NCBI GenBank assembly: GCA_040285745.1
Contig: JAUFOR010000006.1
Location: 620,001 to 684,000, forward strand
DNA from: Barthelona sp. PCE
Taxonomy: Eukaryota
Length of the DNA stretch: 64,000 bases
Reading direction: 5' to 3'
Both the position numbers and the translations under genes were made by a program. The notes beneath the pieces were generated by a model that saw only the letters and a program-made list of their open reading frames with translations, did no database searches and was not told the origin of the DNA. Positions 50,092-59,768 of the stretch are shown here, piece after piece. Within the stretch, counting starts at the first letter, position 1. Each line of letters opens with the position of its first letter.

Positions 50092-53034
50092 ATGCCTTCA
50101 AAAAAGCAAAGAGTGGATGATTATGACAGTGATTTGAGTGATTCAGATACTATAGCTGTAGATATTGCTAACGATCCAATTGGGCGTCGCCGCAAAACTT
50201 TAACCCCCAAAAAGGCAAAAACAAAGGGTAAGGGCATGGAAGATGAGACAATTTACCTTTTGAACGAGAGTTTGGTTACTTTTTCCAAAAACAAACGTAA
50301 AACAAAGAAATTCATTCAGCTTATGATTGCTCTGAAGCAAAAGGACTCGAATACTGCAACAGTGGTTATGTTGAAGCACATTTTCTTAACGTGTGGATAC
50401 AAAGCAGATTTTTTTACCGACGAAATTGAGTCTTTGTTGTTGAATGAGGAGGTTCATGGGGTTATTAATGCTGCTTTGCCGGAACCAGATGAGATTCTCA
50501 AGCATCGCGTGGATAAGACCACTGGTTTCAGTCAAAACTCAAAGAAAGGTGGTAAACTTCGTAGTGATATTTTTAACCTATTTAGTGAGCTTTTCGCAGC
50601 GTTTTCCGTTGAAGAGTGGCTGGAAATTAAGGAAAACATCTTTTTTGTTAAGATTATTGAAACCTTGCTTGTGTTAACTTCGGATGTCGTTGTTGAATCA
50701 CGTGTTGTCGCTTCATCGATGGCGTACGGTTTCATGTACGGCTTTGTAGAGTTTATTGTAGGGTTTTCAGACGCCGCTGAAGCGATGGGTGAGGATTATG
50801 AAGATAAATATTTTTTCTTTATAAATCAACTTCATCAACTCGTTGTTTCTGTTTTTGAGAACAGATACATGGATAAGAATTATATAATCAGGGCAATGTC
50901 CGTTGAATGGTTGGAGCAATGTATCATTCAGTTGCCCAGCTCGTTTTTTGAGAATCAGTATCTCAGACACATAGGATGGTTGTCACACGATCAAAACGAA
51001 AACGTGCGTCAGTCATGCGTTGAGGCGCTTATTGCCATCTTTGAGTTGGAAGAGTATCGTGATCAACTCAAACCATTCTTTTCTCATTTTAAGTCTCGTT
51101 TTCTTGAGATTCTTAATGACACGTCTGTTTCAGTTTCTGTGTTGTCATGTGATCTCTTCAAGACTGCATGGTTGCTGGGTACAGTTGAAGAAACTGATAT
51201 CCCATACCAATATTTGTGCTCAAACATCAAAAAGCAGAGGCTTCGGTTCTTTGAAATTTTACAGGATCTTTTGGACATGAATGAGTTCGAACTCATTCTT
51301 CACGCCTTTCCACACATTGGGTCTAATGCTGTTAGTTTAGTTCAGGATCGATTAGGGTTCGACTTTGATATATCTTTGTGTGAAGGAGTTAGCACTGATA
51401 TTGTTTTGGTTATTATTCGCGGATTGTTATTATCTGTATTGGGAGTATCAGAGGAGATCATTCCGACTGATCCAGAAGATTTTGAGGACTTTTATGCTGC
51501 AATTGGTGTTAAGCTGACAGATGTAGTAGATGACGAGAAGCAAGTGGCTATTATCAAAAAGAATAGTAGCAAGACGGCAGATTTTGTGCTTTCATTGTTA
51601 GGTGCTGTTCAATTTGATCAAACTAAGCAGCATGAGGTTTATCTCGCAGCGGATAATTTTTATTTTGCTTTGCGATATTTCCACATCGTGGAGCAGGATT
51701 TTCAACTGGATAACAGTGTTTTTGAGAGTTTTTCTATAGTTTTTCGACACTCAACCGATATTGTTACACTTACTAGTCTTGTACGTCTGTTTTCTATCGT
51801 AAACGCATATTATTCATCCGGTGCTGTGAAAGGAACAATCACACGATTGGCATCTGATTTGAACGATAACTTTAATAGCGCAGTGGAAGACGGTGAAATG
51901 GCTGATTTTTTGATTTGGCTAACCAGGATCAAATTCCTACTCAACACTAATTTAGTTCCTACTTTCTTGCAGGATTCTATCTTGGAGCTCTTCAAGCCGG
52001 AGTGCAATATTTCCATCGTTCCTACTGATGCTTCATTCGCGGTTGTACTGGGGGCTCTTTTCCTAGTAACGTTGCGTTCACAGAATCTCAATAATGCCAA
52101 CAGTTTTCTTGCTTTATGCATTGAGCTTTTACATTTGCAAAATATTGACAGTGATTTACTGAGCGCAGTCATTTTCTTATTACCAGAGATAGTTCTTCGT
52201 TACAGTTTGAAGATTAGCGCTGATGTTGTTGATGATTACTATGAGGCTTTTGTCTTGTTATTTGGAACACTTGATGACAGCGTCGCATATTTGCTCAGTT
52301 GTAAGACATTGCAGCTGTTTTATATTTTGCGAACGATGGACAATGATGATGTTTCCAAAATGGGTTATTTGTTCAGCGTTTTAAACGTTAACACATCGTT
52401 GACCATGACGAATAAGTATATCCTTGGCGAATTGAAGCTCTTTCGCAAGAATGAGCCCAATGCATTCGTTGCAGAGTTACAAGCACTCGTCAGAGATGAT
52501 TCCAGAGCATCGTCTTTTATTACATCATTTCCTATTCCCAAAAAGACGTCAACAAATGAGTATTTAACCACGCTCATTGTTAAAATCCTTGAATTGGCAA
52601 TTGCTGGAGCTAAAGAAGAGTTATTTCGAGCTTGTTCGATTTATCTTTCAAAGGCAAGTATCAGGGATTGTCAGAATATAAAGCAACGAGTGCATGTATC
52701 TGGATTGGGTGCTTCAGAAGACATTTCGCTGGAGATTAAGGAACTTTTTGATGAATTTATGGAAAAAGTACAACTTAAATCAAAGGGAAAGAAAATTGCA
52801 GCTCCAAGGAAACAGAAAACTACTTCTAAAAAGGTTACAAAACAAAAAAAGAAGGAGAAAGAGGTTGATATGGAAATTGCAGATAGCGCTTCCAAGAGAG
52901 TTGCAAGAGTCAGGCAGCGTAAGAAGAAGAAGGTTACACATTATGAAGTATCACTTGAGGATCTTGATGATTTGGAAGAGTCTTTAATGTATTCAACAGA
53001 TGACGAGTATGATACCGATGATGAGTCGGAATAA
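50092..53034 (+). CDS. SCC3: Cohesin subunit SCC3/STAG (stromalin)
   Basis: The stromalin conserved domain VFENRYMDKNYIIRAMSVEWLEQCIIQLPSSFFENQYLRHIGWLSHDQNENVRQSCVEAL...FFSHFKSRFLEILND matches STAG FVHRYRD..EIRAICIEEIG.W...Y...FL.DSYLKYVGWTLHD. First ATG is at 50092. Confidence 0.9.
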   Translation: MPSKKQRVDDYDSDLSDSDTIAVDIANDPIGRRRKTLTPKKAKTKGKGMEDETIYLLNESLVTFSKNKRKTKKFIQLMIALKQKDSNTATVVMLKHIFLTCGYKADFFTDEIESLLLNEEVHGVINAALPEPDEILKHRVDKTTGFSQNSKKGGKLRSDIFNLFSELFAAFSVEEWLEIKENIFFVKIIETLLVLTSDVVVESRVVASSMAYGFMYGFVEFIVGFSDAAEAMGEDYEDKYFFFINQLHQLVVSVFENRYMDKNYIIRAMSVEWLEQCIIQLPSSFFENQYLRHIGWLSHDQNENVRQSCVEALIAIFELEEYRDQLKPFFSHFKSRFLEILNDTSVSVSVLSCDLFKTAWLLGTVEETDIPYQYLCSNIKKQRLRFFEILQDLLDMNEFELILHAFPHIGSNAVSLVQDRLGFDFDISLCEGVSTDIVLVIIRGLLLSVLGVSEEIIPTDPEDFEDFYAAIGVKLTDVVDDEKQVAIIKKNSSKTADFVLSLLGAVQFDQTKQHEVYLAADNFYFALRYFHIVEQDFQLDNSVFESFSIVFRHSTDIVTLTSLVRLFSIVNAYYSSGAVKGTITRLASDLNDNFNSAVEDGEMADFLIWLTRIKFLLNTNLVPTFLQDSILELFKPECNISIVPTDASFAVVLGALFLVTLRSQNLNNANSFLALCIELLHLQNIDSDLLSAVIFLLPEIVLRYSLKISADVVDDYYEAFVLLFGTLDDSVAYLLSCKTLQLFYILRTMDNDDVSKMGYLFSVLNVNTSLTMTNKYILGELKLFRKNEPNAFVAELQALVRDDSRASSFITSFPIPKKTSTNEYLTTLIVKILELAIAGAKEELFRACSIYLSKASIRDCQNIKQRVHVSGLGASEDISLEIKELFDEFMEKVQLKSKGKKIAAPRKQKTTSKKVTKQKKKEKEVDMEIADSASKRVARVRQRKKKKVTHYEVSLEDLDDLEESLMYSTDDEYDTDDESE

Positions 53035-53266
53035 AACACAAAAATTTTTTAAAAGGTTTCATTTTTTTTCTTGACGTATAAGCAGTTATTTCGTATTTTA
53101 CTTTTGAATCTGAGCATAATATAGCCACGTATATGCATGTAATAATAAAAACCCATTTGTTGATCTATTTTTCTTTTTGCTTGTAAACCGTAAAGTGAAG
53201 CTAATATCAGAATTTTATCTTGATTTCCGATATAAAACCCTATTTTTAAAGATATTAACATTATCT

Positions 53267-54034
53267 ATGTCAACCTCAGACGAAACAACACCTTTTTTAT
53301 ATGACTTTCAAAAAAAAGAACTTTTTGATTTTTCAACCTCTTTAGCTGATCATAAAGAAGAAGCAAAGCAGCTAAAACATGTTAAAAATGAGAATATCTT
53401 GCAAACAGGTCACCCTGCAAGATTGTGCTCACATTTCTCACCTTCTATAAATCGTTTCCATCAGCGAAGTGAGGATAAGATCATTGCTAAACAGTCATTA
53501 TTCAAGTCAGAGTTCTGTCGTCGTTCTTTACACTATGGTTTTTGTCAATTTGATGGATGCTGTAGTTTTGCACACAGTTTTGAAAGTATCAATATCGATG
53601 TTAAGAAACCTAGACGTTACAAGTCAAAGAAGTGCAAGAGTTATCATGAAAATGGATTCTGTGCTTATGGAACTCGTTGTCGATTTTCTCATGGTGATGA
53701 TGATGCTAACATTTTTAGCACTTTTGGTACAAAATATGAGAATTTAGTTAGATTTACCAACAAACAAGACTTTAGAACTGTTCTAATCTGTATTGGTAGT
53801 TGTATTTATGAACTTCCAAGATTATGGACAATTGATGATGTTGCAGTTTTTCTTGAAGCAAATGTTTCACCAGAGAATTGCAAATATACTCTGGTCCCAC
53901 CTAAGTATATATCTCAGAATCATACTGTTATTCAAGAAAATCCTGTTTTTGAAAGCTCTACTCCCAAACAACAAGAAAGTATTCGTGCTCGAAAAAACTT
54001 TTTCAACGTTCCAATTATTACACGTGCCATGTAA
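53267..54034 (+). CDS. Tandem CCCH zinc-finger RNA-binding protein (TIS11/tristetraprolin-like)
   Basis: Two C-x8-C-x5-C-x3-H fingers with lead-ins LFKSEFC and RYKSKKC. First ATG is at 53267. Confidence 0.9.
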   Translation: MSTSDETTPFLYDFQKKELFDFSTSLADHKEEAKQLKHVKNENILQTGHPARLCSHFSPSINRFHQRSEDKIIAKQSLFKSEFCRRSLHYGFCQFDGCCSFAHSFESINIDVKKPRRYKSKKCKSYHENGFCAYGTRCRFSHGDDDANIFSTFGTKYENLVRFTNKQDFRTVLICIGSCIYELPRLWTIDDVAVFLEANVSPENCKYTLVPPKYISQNHTVIQENPVFESSTPKQQESIRARKNFFNVPIITRAM

Positions 54035-54058
54035 TGAAAAAATAAAAAATATGTGATT

Positions 54059-55168
54059 TTACTGAGCCTCCTCCTTATTAGCGGCGTTTTCTTTTGCTTC
54101 TCTAGCAGCTGTAACAAATTCTGGTTCAAAAGGCTCAAGACCCTTTTGAATAGCTCTCACAAACTGCTGATCAATGTGAAAGATACGAAGATAACCATCA
54201 TGACCACCTACAAGGAAAGATGTACCATTGGGACTAACAGCAAAATCGATAACGTTACCGAAAGAACCAGGAACCATACCAATCATGATGCCAGTAGGAG
54301 CATGGAAAAGACGTGTAGCAAACTGTTCAGCACCTTCAGCACTAGACTGGGTAACCTTTGAAGCTTCTTCACCACCAGCACAAGCAACAACTTGCAATTC
54401 AGGGAAATAACCAATACCATTTACGATGATACCAGCATCCCATTCTTTAATAACTGTGTGATCGTTATTACTGGTGAAGATCTTCATCTTCTTTTCCGTT
54501 GAAGCAGATATAAAGAAATTACCATTTGGTTCTAATACCAAAGAAGTGATAGCAGAATGATGAGGTGAGCATTCAGCTCTATGAGTACCTTCAATATCAA
54601 AGAAGATGACGGATCCACGGGTAGTGCCGAAGGCGAACCTATCTTCGTTCATGTCTAAGGATAGAGCAGTACATTCGGGAACTCTAAATTCATGATCACA
54701 ATCTTCACGAACAATACACTCTCCCTCATGTTCCCTAATACCATCAGGAACATTGAAAACATACACAGAAGCCATAAGGCTGTTATTATAGTTGGTCTTC
54801 TCTGCAAGACTTGTATCGCCACGCTTAGCCTTTGTGACGAGAATAAATTTAGTATTATCATGATTGAAGGCACAGAACTTGAAGAAGTCCTTGGAATTGA
54901 ACTTCAGCAATTGCTTGCCAGTTTCAACATTCCATAAAATGGCTGAACCATCGAAAGAACATGTTAAGAATAATTTGGAATCAATAGAAACATCACAGTA
55001 AGTAATGGAACCCGTGTGTCCCGCGAAAAATCCTAAATGCTTACCGTCAAAGCTATTCCAAACAGTAGCAACCTTATCTGTACTGACAGCGAACACCAGA
55101 TCGCCATCATGGTTGTATGTAACCCTGTTGATGGGACGATCAGCACCCTTGCATGCAATGTGTCTCAT
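54059..55168 (-). CDS. EIF3I: Translation initiation factor eIF3 subunit I (TIF34-like, WD40)
   Basis: MRHIACKGADRPINRVTYNHDGDLVF...VWNSFDGKHLG...GHTG, GGEEASKVT, FATRLFH, GSFGNV and GGHDGYLRIF match eIF3i hallmarks. Confidence 0.9.
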   Translation of the reverse strand: MRHIACKGADRPINRVTYNHDGDLVFAVSTDKVATVWNSFDGKHLGFFAGHTGSITYCDVSIDSKLFLTCSFDGSAILWNVETGKQLLKFNSKDFFKFCAFNHDNTKFILVTKAKRGDTSLAEKTNYNNSLMASVYVFNVPDGIREHEGECIVREDCDHEFRVPECTALSLDMNEDRFAFGTTRGSVIFFDIEGTHRAECSPHHSAITSLVLEPNGNFFISASTEKKMKIFTSNNDHTVIKEWDAGIIVNGIGYFPELQVVACAGGEEASKVTQSSAEGAEQFATRLFHAPTGIMIGMVPGSFGNVIDFAVSPNGTSFLVGGHDGYLRIFHIDQQFVRAIQKGLEPFEPEFVTAAREAKENAANKEEAQ

Positions 55169-55335
55169 ATTGTTGTGAAAAAGTGAAAATATGCTGAAGT
55201 AAGATGAGCCGCATTTGTAAGATGCAAATCATCCTGAGCTCACCAGTTCCGTGCGTTAGAGTTCAGGAATAGTTGTACTTTATTGGTTGTACTGTTATCT
55301 TTTGAACAACCCTTTCTTGTCATTTTTTGGGCAAC

Positions 55336-57357
55336 ATGAGTGATGTAGAGCTTCGGTTACCTTCAGAAATCGAAGAGTCAGACATCGAAAGCGATGTTGA
55401 GACAAAGAGATTAGTTAAAAAACCTTCTCGTCAAAAATCAACGTGGAGATGGAAAATTCTACTTGTTCTGGTTCTATTTATGGGCGTGAGCATGTATTAC
55501 CTACTACCACGATTCAATAATGTGTATTTGCCAGGTGTTGATATTAAATTCTATAATCCAGCTGAAAAAATGGATGTATACATGACAAAACTTGAAGGCA
55601 AGGGGCTTGCTCTGCCCCTACCATACTATGATTTGCCTATTTGTTCACCTACACATCCTAAAGTACTTGATCAAGGTATTAGTGATGTTTTAATGGGAGA
55701 AAAACGTGTATCCTCATTGTTTAATCTCGATTTCAATATTTCCTCGAAGTGTAACCTGTTATGTAACGGTGAATATAACATGACCAAATCAAAAATTTCC
55801 AAACTCATTGAGTGGATCGATGCGGATATGCGCGGAAACTGGATTTTAGACAACATGAACGTGTTTACAAAGCTTGGAGCAACAGGAAACCGATATTTAT
55901 TAGGTTATGCATTGGGTTATAGTGCACTTTTAAATAATAATAATATCGTACATGTTCTCAACAATCATTTTGAGATTGATGTTTTCTATCACGTTAACAA
56001 CGGTACGCGTGGATCAGTAGTTGGCTTTGAGGTGCGTCCTAAGAGTATAGATTGGGAAAGTATGAGTCTTAGTGTTGATCAAGGGCAATTTGTTTCGTGT
56101 GATCCATTTATTTCAGATGAAGCACGTGTGACTCCATTCGTTTTGCATCCTGATCAAGACATACAGAAGGTATACTGGACCTATTCGGTGAATTATATTG
56201 AGAGTGATCGTTCTTGGTTGAACAGATGGGATCCTTACATTCGTGTTCAAAATGAGCAAGATTATTGGTTGAGTATCATCTATTCTTCATTACTAGTAGT
56301 GTCCCTTGCTGCACTTCTCGGTTATCTTATTTATCACAGTCTACGACGTGATATCAAGCAGTTCTCAACAGTTGATCTTGAACGATCATTTACAATGCAA
56401 GGTTGGAAAGATTTAAGCAGAGATATTTTTAGACCACCAAAGTATGCGACGTTTTTATCGAGCGTTGTTGGTGCTGGGACTCAGTTGTTATGTACTTTGT
56501 TGGTGTTTTTAGCAGGAGCTATTTTGGGTATGTTCTCACCAGGTTTTAGACTTAGTGCTCCAGTTACATTTACAGTTTTATATTTACCTCTTGCTATCTT
56601 AGGAGGATATGTTGGTGCACGTGTTCATAAGTCCTTTGGTAAAAAGGATTGGTTACGTTCTACAATGTTGAATGCACTATTTATTCCAGTATTGTTTTTT
56701 GTTATTATTCTCTTTTTTTATGTTGCATTAAAGACAACAAAAACAGCTATTCAGATTGATATTTCTTTAATTATAATGGTTTTATTACTTTTTATTTGTG
56801 TTCATATGCCCTTATGTTTTATAGGAGCATTATTTGGTTATCGTTCCAAAACAAAAGATATTAAACGTACTGTTTCAAAAATACCAAGAGAAATTCCAGA
56901 ACAAACTAAATTTATGGAAAAGAATGAAACTTTATTATGTTTAGGAGGATTTTTTCCTTATTCTGTTATTTTTATGGAAATTGTATTATTATTAAAATCT
57001 TCAGCAGAGTTTCATATATTATACGCTTGGGGATTCATTTCTCTTACAACAATACTTGTTCTTATATTAAGTATTGAAGTATCTGTTGCAATTACTTATG
57101 CTCAATTAACAAAGATGGATTATCGTTGGCATTGGTTAAGTTTCTTAAGCCCAGCATTTTCTGGTATTTACATATTCATTCATAGTTTATTTATAGTAAT
57201 CTATTCTTTATCAAATGTTAATCTTGTTGCAAAAATTATTTTTATTGGATGGATGATTGTTTTTTCTGTAATTTTTTCTTTAATTGTTGGTGTAGTAGGT
57301 TTCTTTAGTTCTACAAAGTTTATTAAAATATTATTCAAGAACGTTAAAATGGAATAA
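55336..57357 (+). CDS. Transmembrane 9 superfamily (TM9SF/EMP70 nonaspanin) protein
   Basis: YLPGV, LPLPYYDLPIC, WILDN, LNNH, WTYSV, RWDPY, GWKDLSRDIFRPP, VGAGTQ, PREIP, DYRWHWLSF, nine C-terminal TMs and a terminal KxE motif (VKME). Confidence 0.95.
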   Translation: MSDVELRLPSEIEESDIESDVETKRLVKKPSRQKSTWRWKILLVLVLFMGVSMYYLLPRFNNVYLPGVDIKFYNPAEKMDVYMTKLEGKGLALPLPYYDLPICSPTHPKVLDQGISDVLMGEKRVSSLFNLDFNISSKCNLLCNGEYNMTKSKISKLIEWIDADMRGNWILDNMNVFTKLGATGNRYLLGYALGYSALLNNNNIVHVLNNHFEIDVFYHVNNGTRGSVVGFEVRPKSIDWESMSLSVDQGQFVSCDPFISDEARVTPFVLHPDQDIQKVYWTYSVNYIESDRSWLNRWDPYIRVQNEQDYWLSIIYSSLLVVSLAALLGYLIYHSLRRDIKQFSTVDLERSFTMQGWKDLSRDIFRPPKYATFLSSVVGAGTQLLCTLLVFLAGAILGMFSPGFRLSAPVTFTVLYLPLAILGGYVGARVHKSFGKKDWLRSTMLNALFIPVLFFVIILFFYVALKTTKTAIQIDISLIIMVLLLFICVHMPLCFIGALFGYRSKTKDIKRTVSKIPREIPEQTKFMEKNETLLCLGGFFPYSVIFMEIVLLLKSSAEFHILYAWGFISLTTILVLILSIEVSVAITYAQLTKMDYRWHWLSFLSPAFSGIYIFIHSLFIVIYSLSNVNLVAKIIFIGWMIVFSVIFSLIVGVVGFFSSTKFIKILFKNVKME

Positions 57358-57375
57358 ACATGGTTTTATTAACTA

Positions 57376-57723
57376 CTATTTAGTGCGTTTTCTTGCTTTT
57401 CTATCACCTTTATGAACGCTATTAGTACTCGATCGCTCCAAATTATCGATATTGGCTCTAATAACAGTGGAAAATTCACGGAAGAATTGAATATCTTCAC
57501 CTTTGTCAATAATTGTTCTAATTTTCCTCTTCTTATACTTTGCACGAACTAAGCATACCTTTGGTACACCATCCCGCTTCCTAGGATGAGCAATAGCAGT
57601 CTGTTTCATTGTAACATATACACTACCGCCTTCGGTCTCAGCAAGATGATATAAATGACTTAAATTGTGCAAAAAATCCCTATGTCTCAAAAATTGGACG
57701 TTTTGATGTGCAATATCTGACAT
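57376..57723 (-). CDS. SRP14: Signal recognition particle 14 kDa protein
   Basis: FLHNLSHLY...GSVYVTMKQ...CLVRAKYKKRKIRTII...FFREFSTVIRANIDNL plus a basic tail. First ATG is at 57723. Confidence 0.9.
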   Translation of the reverse strand: MSDIAHQNVQFLRHRDFLHNLSHLYHLAETEGGSVYVTMKQTAIAHPRKRDGVPKVCLVRAKYKKRKIRTIIDKGEDIQFFREFSTVIRANIDNLERSSTNSVHKGDRKARKRTK

Positions 57724-57779
57724 TAAAAAAATAAAATGTGGACAAAACAAAAACCATGTTTCTATTTACATAATCATTT

Positions 57780-58541
57780 CTATTGCCCTTTCTTAGGGTC
57801 ACTTTCTTGTCTACCATTTTCTTCTTCAAGTATTGCTTTATCATTAACAACATTACGTTGACTATAATGTTCTCTATCTCTGGAATTCTTCACAAAAAAT
57901 ACATATGTCATGTGTAAACATTTAAGAATATCGATGAATGACCGTGCTCCAACAAAAATAATAGCTCCAGAAGCATATATAACCATGGTAACTTTTGGCT
58001 TTTTCATTTTCCAATAAAGAGCTGCATTAATATCTGGATTATAAACCATATCCTTACTGATGGTCTTATCTGAAGCTATTTCCGATAAATCTATGGGAAA
58101 TCCTAACCTTACTTTGGCAGAAATATTCACAAATTGTAGTTGTGTTTCTGGTACTATATCTGGATATCCTAATCTTCGTAGCAGGCGCAATGTACGCCTA
58201 CTAATACTGTATGCATCTTCTGCAGTCTTACAACCAGTGATTAGAAGTACTTTTGTACGAAATAGTAGAATAGTACCTTTTGGTTTATCGAATCGCACAA
58301 AACACCCATTGAAACGCGTTGGCTGATAATCAGCGTTACGCAAATGTGTAGAAATGTATGGGAGGTCTAACTCCTTATGAGATGTTTTTAGCTTCATTTT
58401 ACCCACCATATTTGTTATTACTGGTACAACAGAAGTCTTTGATGCACATTTTTCTTTCCATTCTCTGTACAAAACCGACTGTTCAGAAATTTTATCTTCT
58501 TCTGAATTATTTAAAGGTTTGTTCTCGGATTCCTCTGACAT
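57780..58541 (-). CDS. TBP: TATA-box-binding protein (divergent)
   Basis: Two TBP repeats: PVITNMV...LDL...NADYQPTRF...KPKGTILLF...ITGCKT and NISAKVRLGFPIDL...YNPD...MKKPKVTMVIYASG..IFVGAR. First ATG is at 58541. Confidence 0.9.
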   Translation of the reverse strand: MSEESENKPLNNSEEDKISEQSVLYREWKEKCASKTSVVPVITNMVGKMKLKTSHKELDLPYISTHLRNADYQPTRFNGCFVRFDKPKGTILLFRTKVLLITGCKTAEDAYSISRRTLRLLRRLGYPDIVPETQLQFVNISAKVRLGFPIDLSEIASDKTISKDMVYNPDINAALYWKMKKPKVTMVIYASGAIIFVGARSFIDILKCLHMTYVFFVKNSRDREHYSQRNVVNDKAILEEENGRQESDPKKGQ

Positions 58542-58622
58542 TTTAGGCAACAATGCTTAGCTTTCTTAAAAAAAATTGGATCAAAGCCAACTGTGAAAGG
58601 TTAAGAATTCAATTACACAAAT

Positions 58623-59552
58623 TTATTCATTAAACTGTAGATCAAAGTGTTCACAGAACTCTAAGTGTTGTATGGCGCCAAAGTTATTGAGAACAACTTC
58701 CTTATACATTCTAATAAGTCCTTTATGGATTTCTCCCCATGTGTCATGTTGAACAACGCTGTGTAACATTGGTGCTGTGGCTTGGATGCCACCTGTCTTA
58801 GAGCTCATTGCAAAATAGAATGCCATTGGAAACATTAACTTTTCATCAACATAATCTCTTAAAATTCTTTGATTTAAACAATCTGATGGTGTAAAGTCAA
58901 CGAAATCGTCTGAATCCAATTGTGCTGCACCAAAATAAAAAGGCAAAAAGTTAAAATCATCTATATTCCATGCACCCATACTACCAGCCGGTTCAAGAGT
59001 AAAGTACACCTGTATATGTCTAACAATATTAAAATATTCCATGATTATCCATCCAACATCCTTGAAATTTTTTTGATTTAAGAAAGATATTTCAAATAGA
59101 CATTTTAAAAATACGAAAAAATGTAATTCATGTCCTGTACCAAAATCTAATCTTGCATGGTGTCCAAACATAGTCAAGATGTATGGGCAGAGGTCATTCA
59201 TTTGATTATCGGTTAATATATCACAAAAGTCAATTCGAAATGTTTGAATTGCTTTCTGAATTATTTTTCGGAAAGCAGGATTACCAAACCGTACGTTGTT
59301 GACAGATCTCTCCAATAGAGGTATGTGTTCAATGTGTGAATTGAGCTTCTTAATCCAGTTGCCCAACAACAAAATGTTGCCATCATATAAATCCTTACTT
59401 TCTGAAAAAAAGCTGCGGCCCTTACACATTTCTGCAAGATTTTTAAGGAATTGAACATAATCCAAGCATAAATCACTTTCCCTCCAAAATTTCAACATTT
59501 CAAGCGTTGATATGGGAGATCTGGGGGATTTGCCTGCTCCACCGATGTTCAT
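58623..59552 (-). CDS. PTPA: PP2A phosphatase activator (PTPA/Rrd1/Rrd2)
   Basis: RFGNPAFR, FGHHARLDFGTGHELHF, YFTLEPAGSMGAWNIDDFNFLPFYFGAAQL, KTG and GLIRMYKEVVL...IQH. Confidence 0.95.
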   Translation of the reverse strand: MNIGGAGKSPRSPISTLEMLKFWRESDLCLDYVQFLKNLAEMCKGRSFFSESKDLYDGNILLLGNWIKKLNSHIEHIPLLERSVNNVRFGNPAFRKIIQKAIQTFRIDFCDILTDNQMNDLCPYILTMFGHHARLDFGTGHELHFFVFLKCLFEISFLNQKNFKDVGWIIMEYFNIVRHIQVYFTLEPAGSMGAWNIDDFNFLPFYFGAAQLDSDDFVDFTPSDCLNQRILRDYVDEKLMFPMAFYFAMSSKTGGIQATAPMLHSVVQHDTWGEIHKGLIRMYKEVVLNNFGAIQHLEFCEHFDLQFNE

Positions 59553-59676
59553 TTGTTGATTCAGTTGACAGAAAGTGTGTTAAGAGATGAAAATATTTTA
59601 CCAACTACATTAAAGATAGATGCTTTACTGTATTTGTGATCGAATTTTAGCCATATTTTATACAATTCAATGTTGA

Positions 59677-59768
59677 TTGGTGATAAAGGAACCCACATAA
59701 ATCGATTACTTACCTCAAATATTGCTTTCTCGAATATTCAGTGTTTAACGAAAGAATTTTATCACCAA
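59677..59768. repeat. 11-bp perfect inverted repeat (TTGGTGATAAA ... TTTATCACCAA) with a 70-nt spacer
   Basis: Arms at 59677-59687 and 59758-59768. The stem can be extended with G-U pairs on the + strand. Confidence 0.85.
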
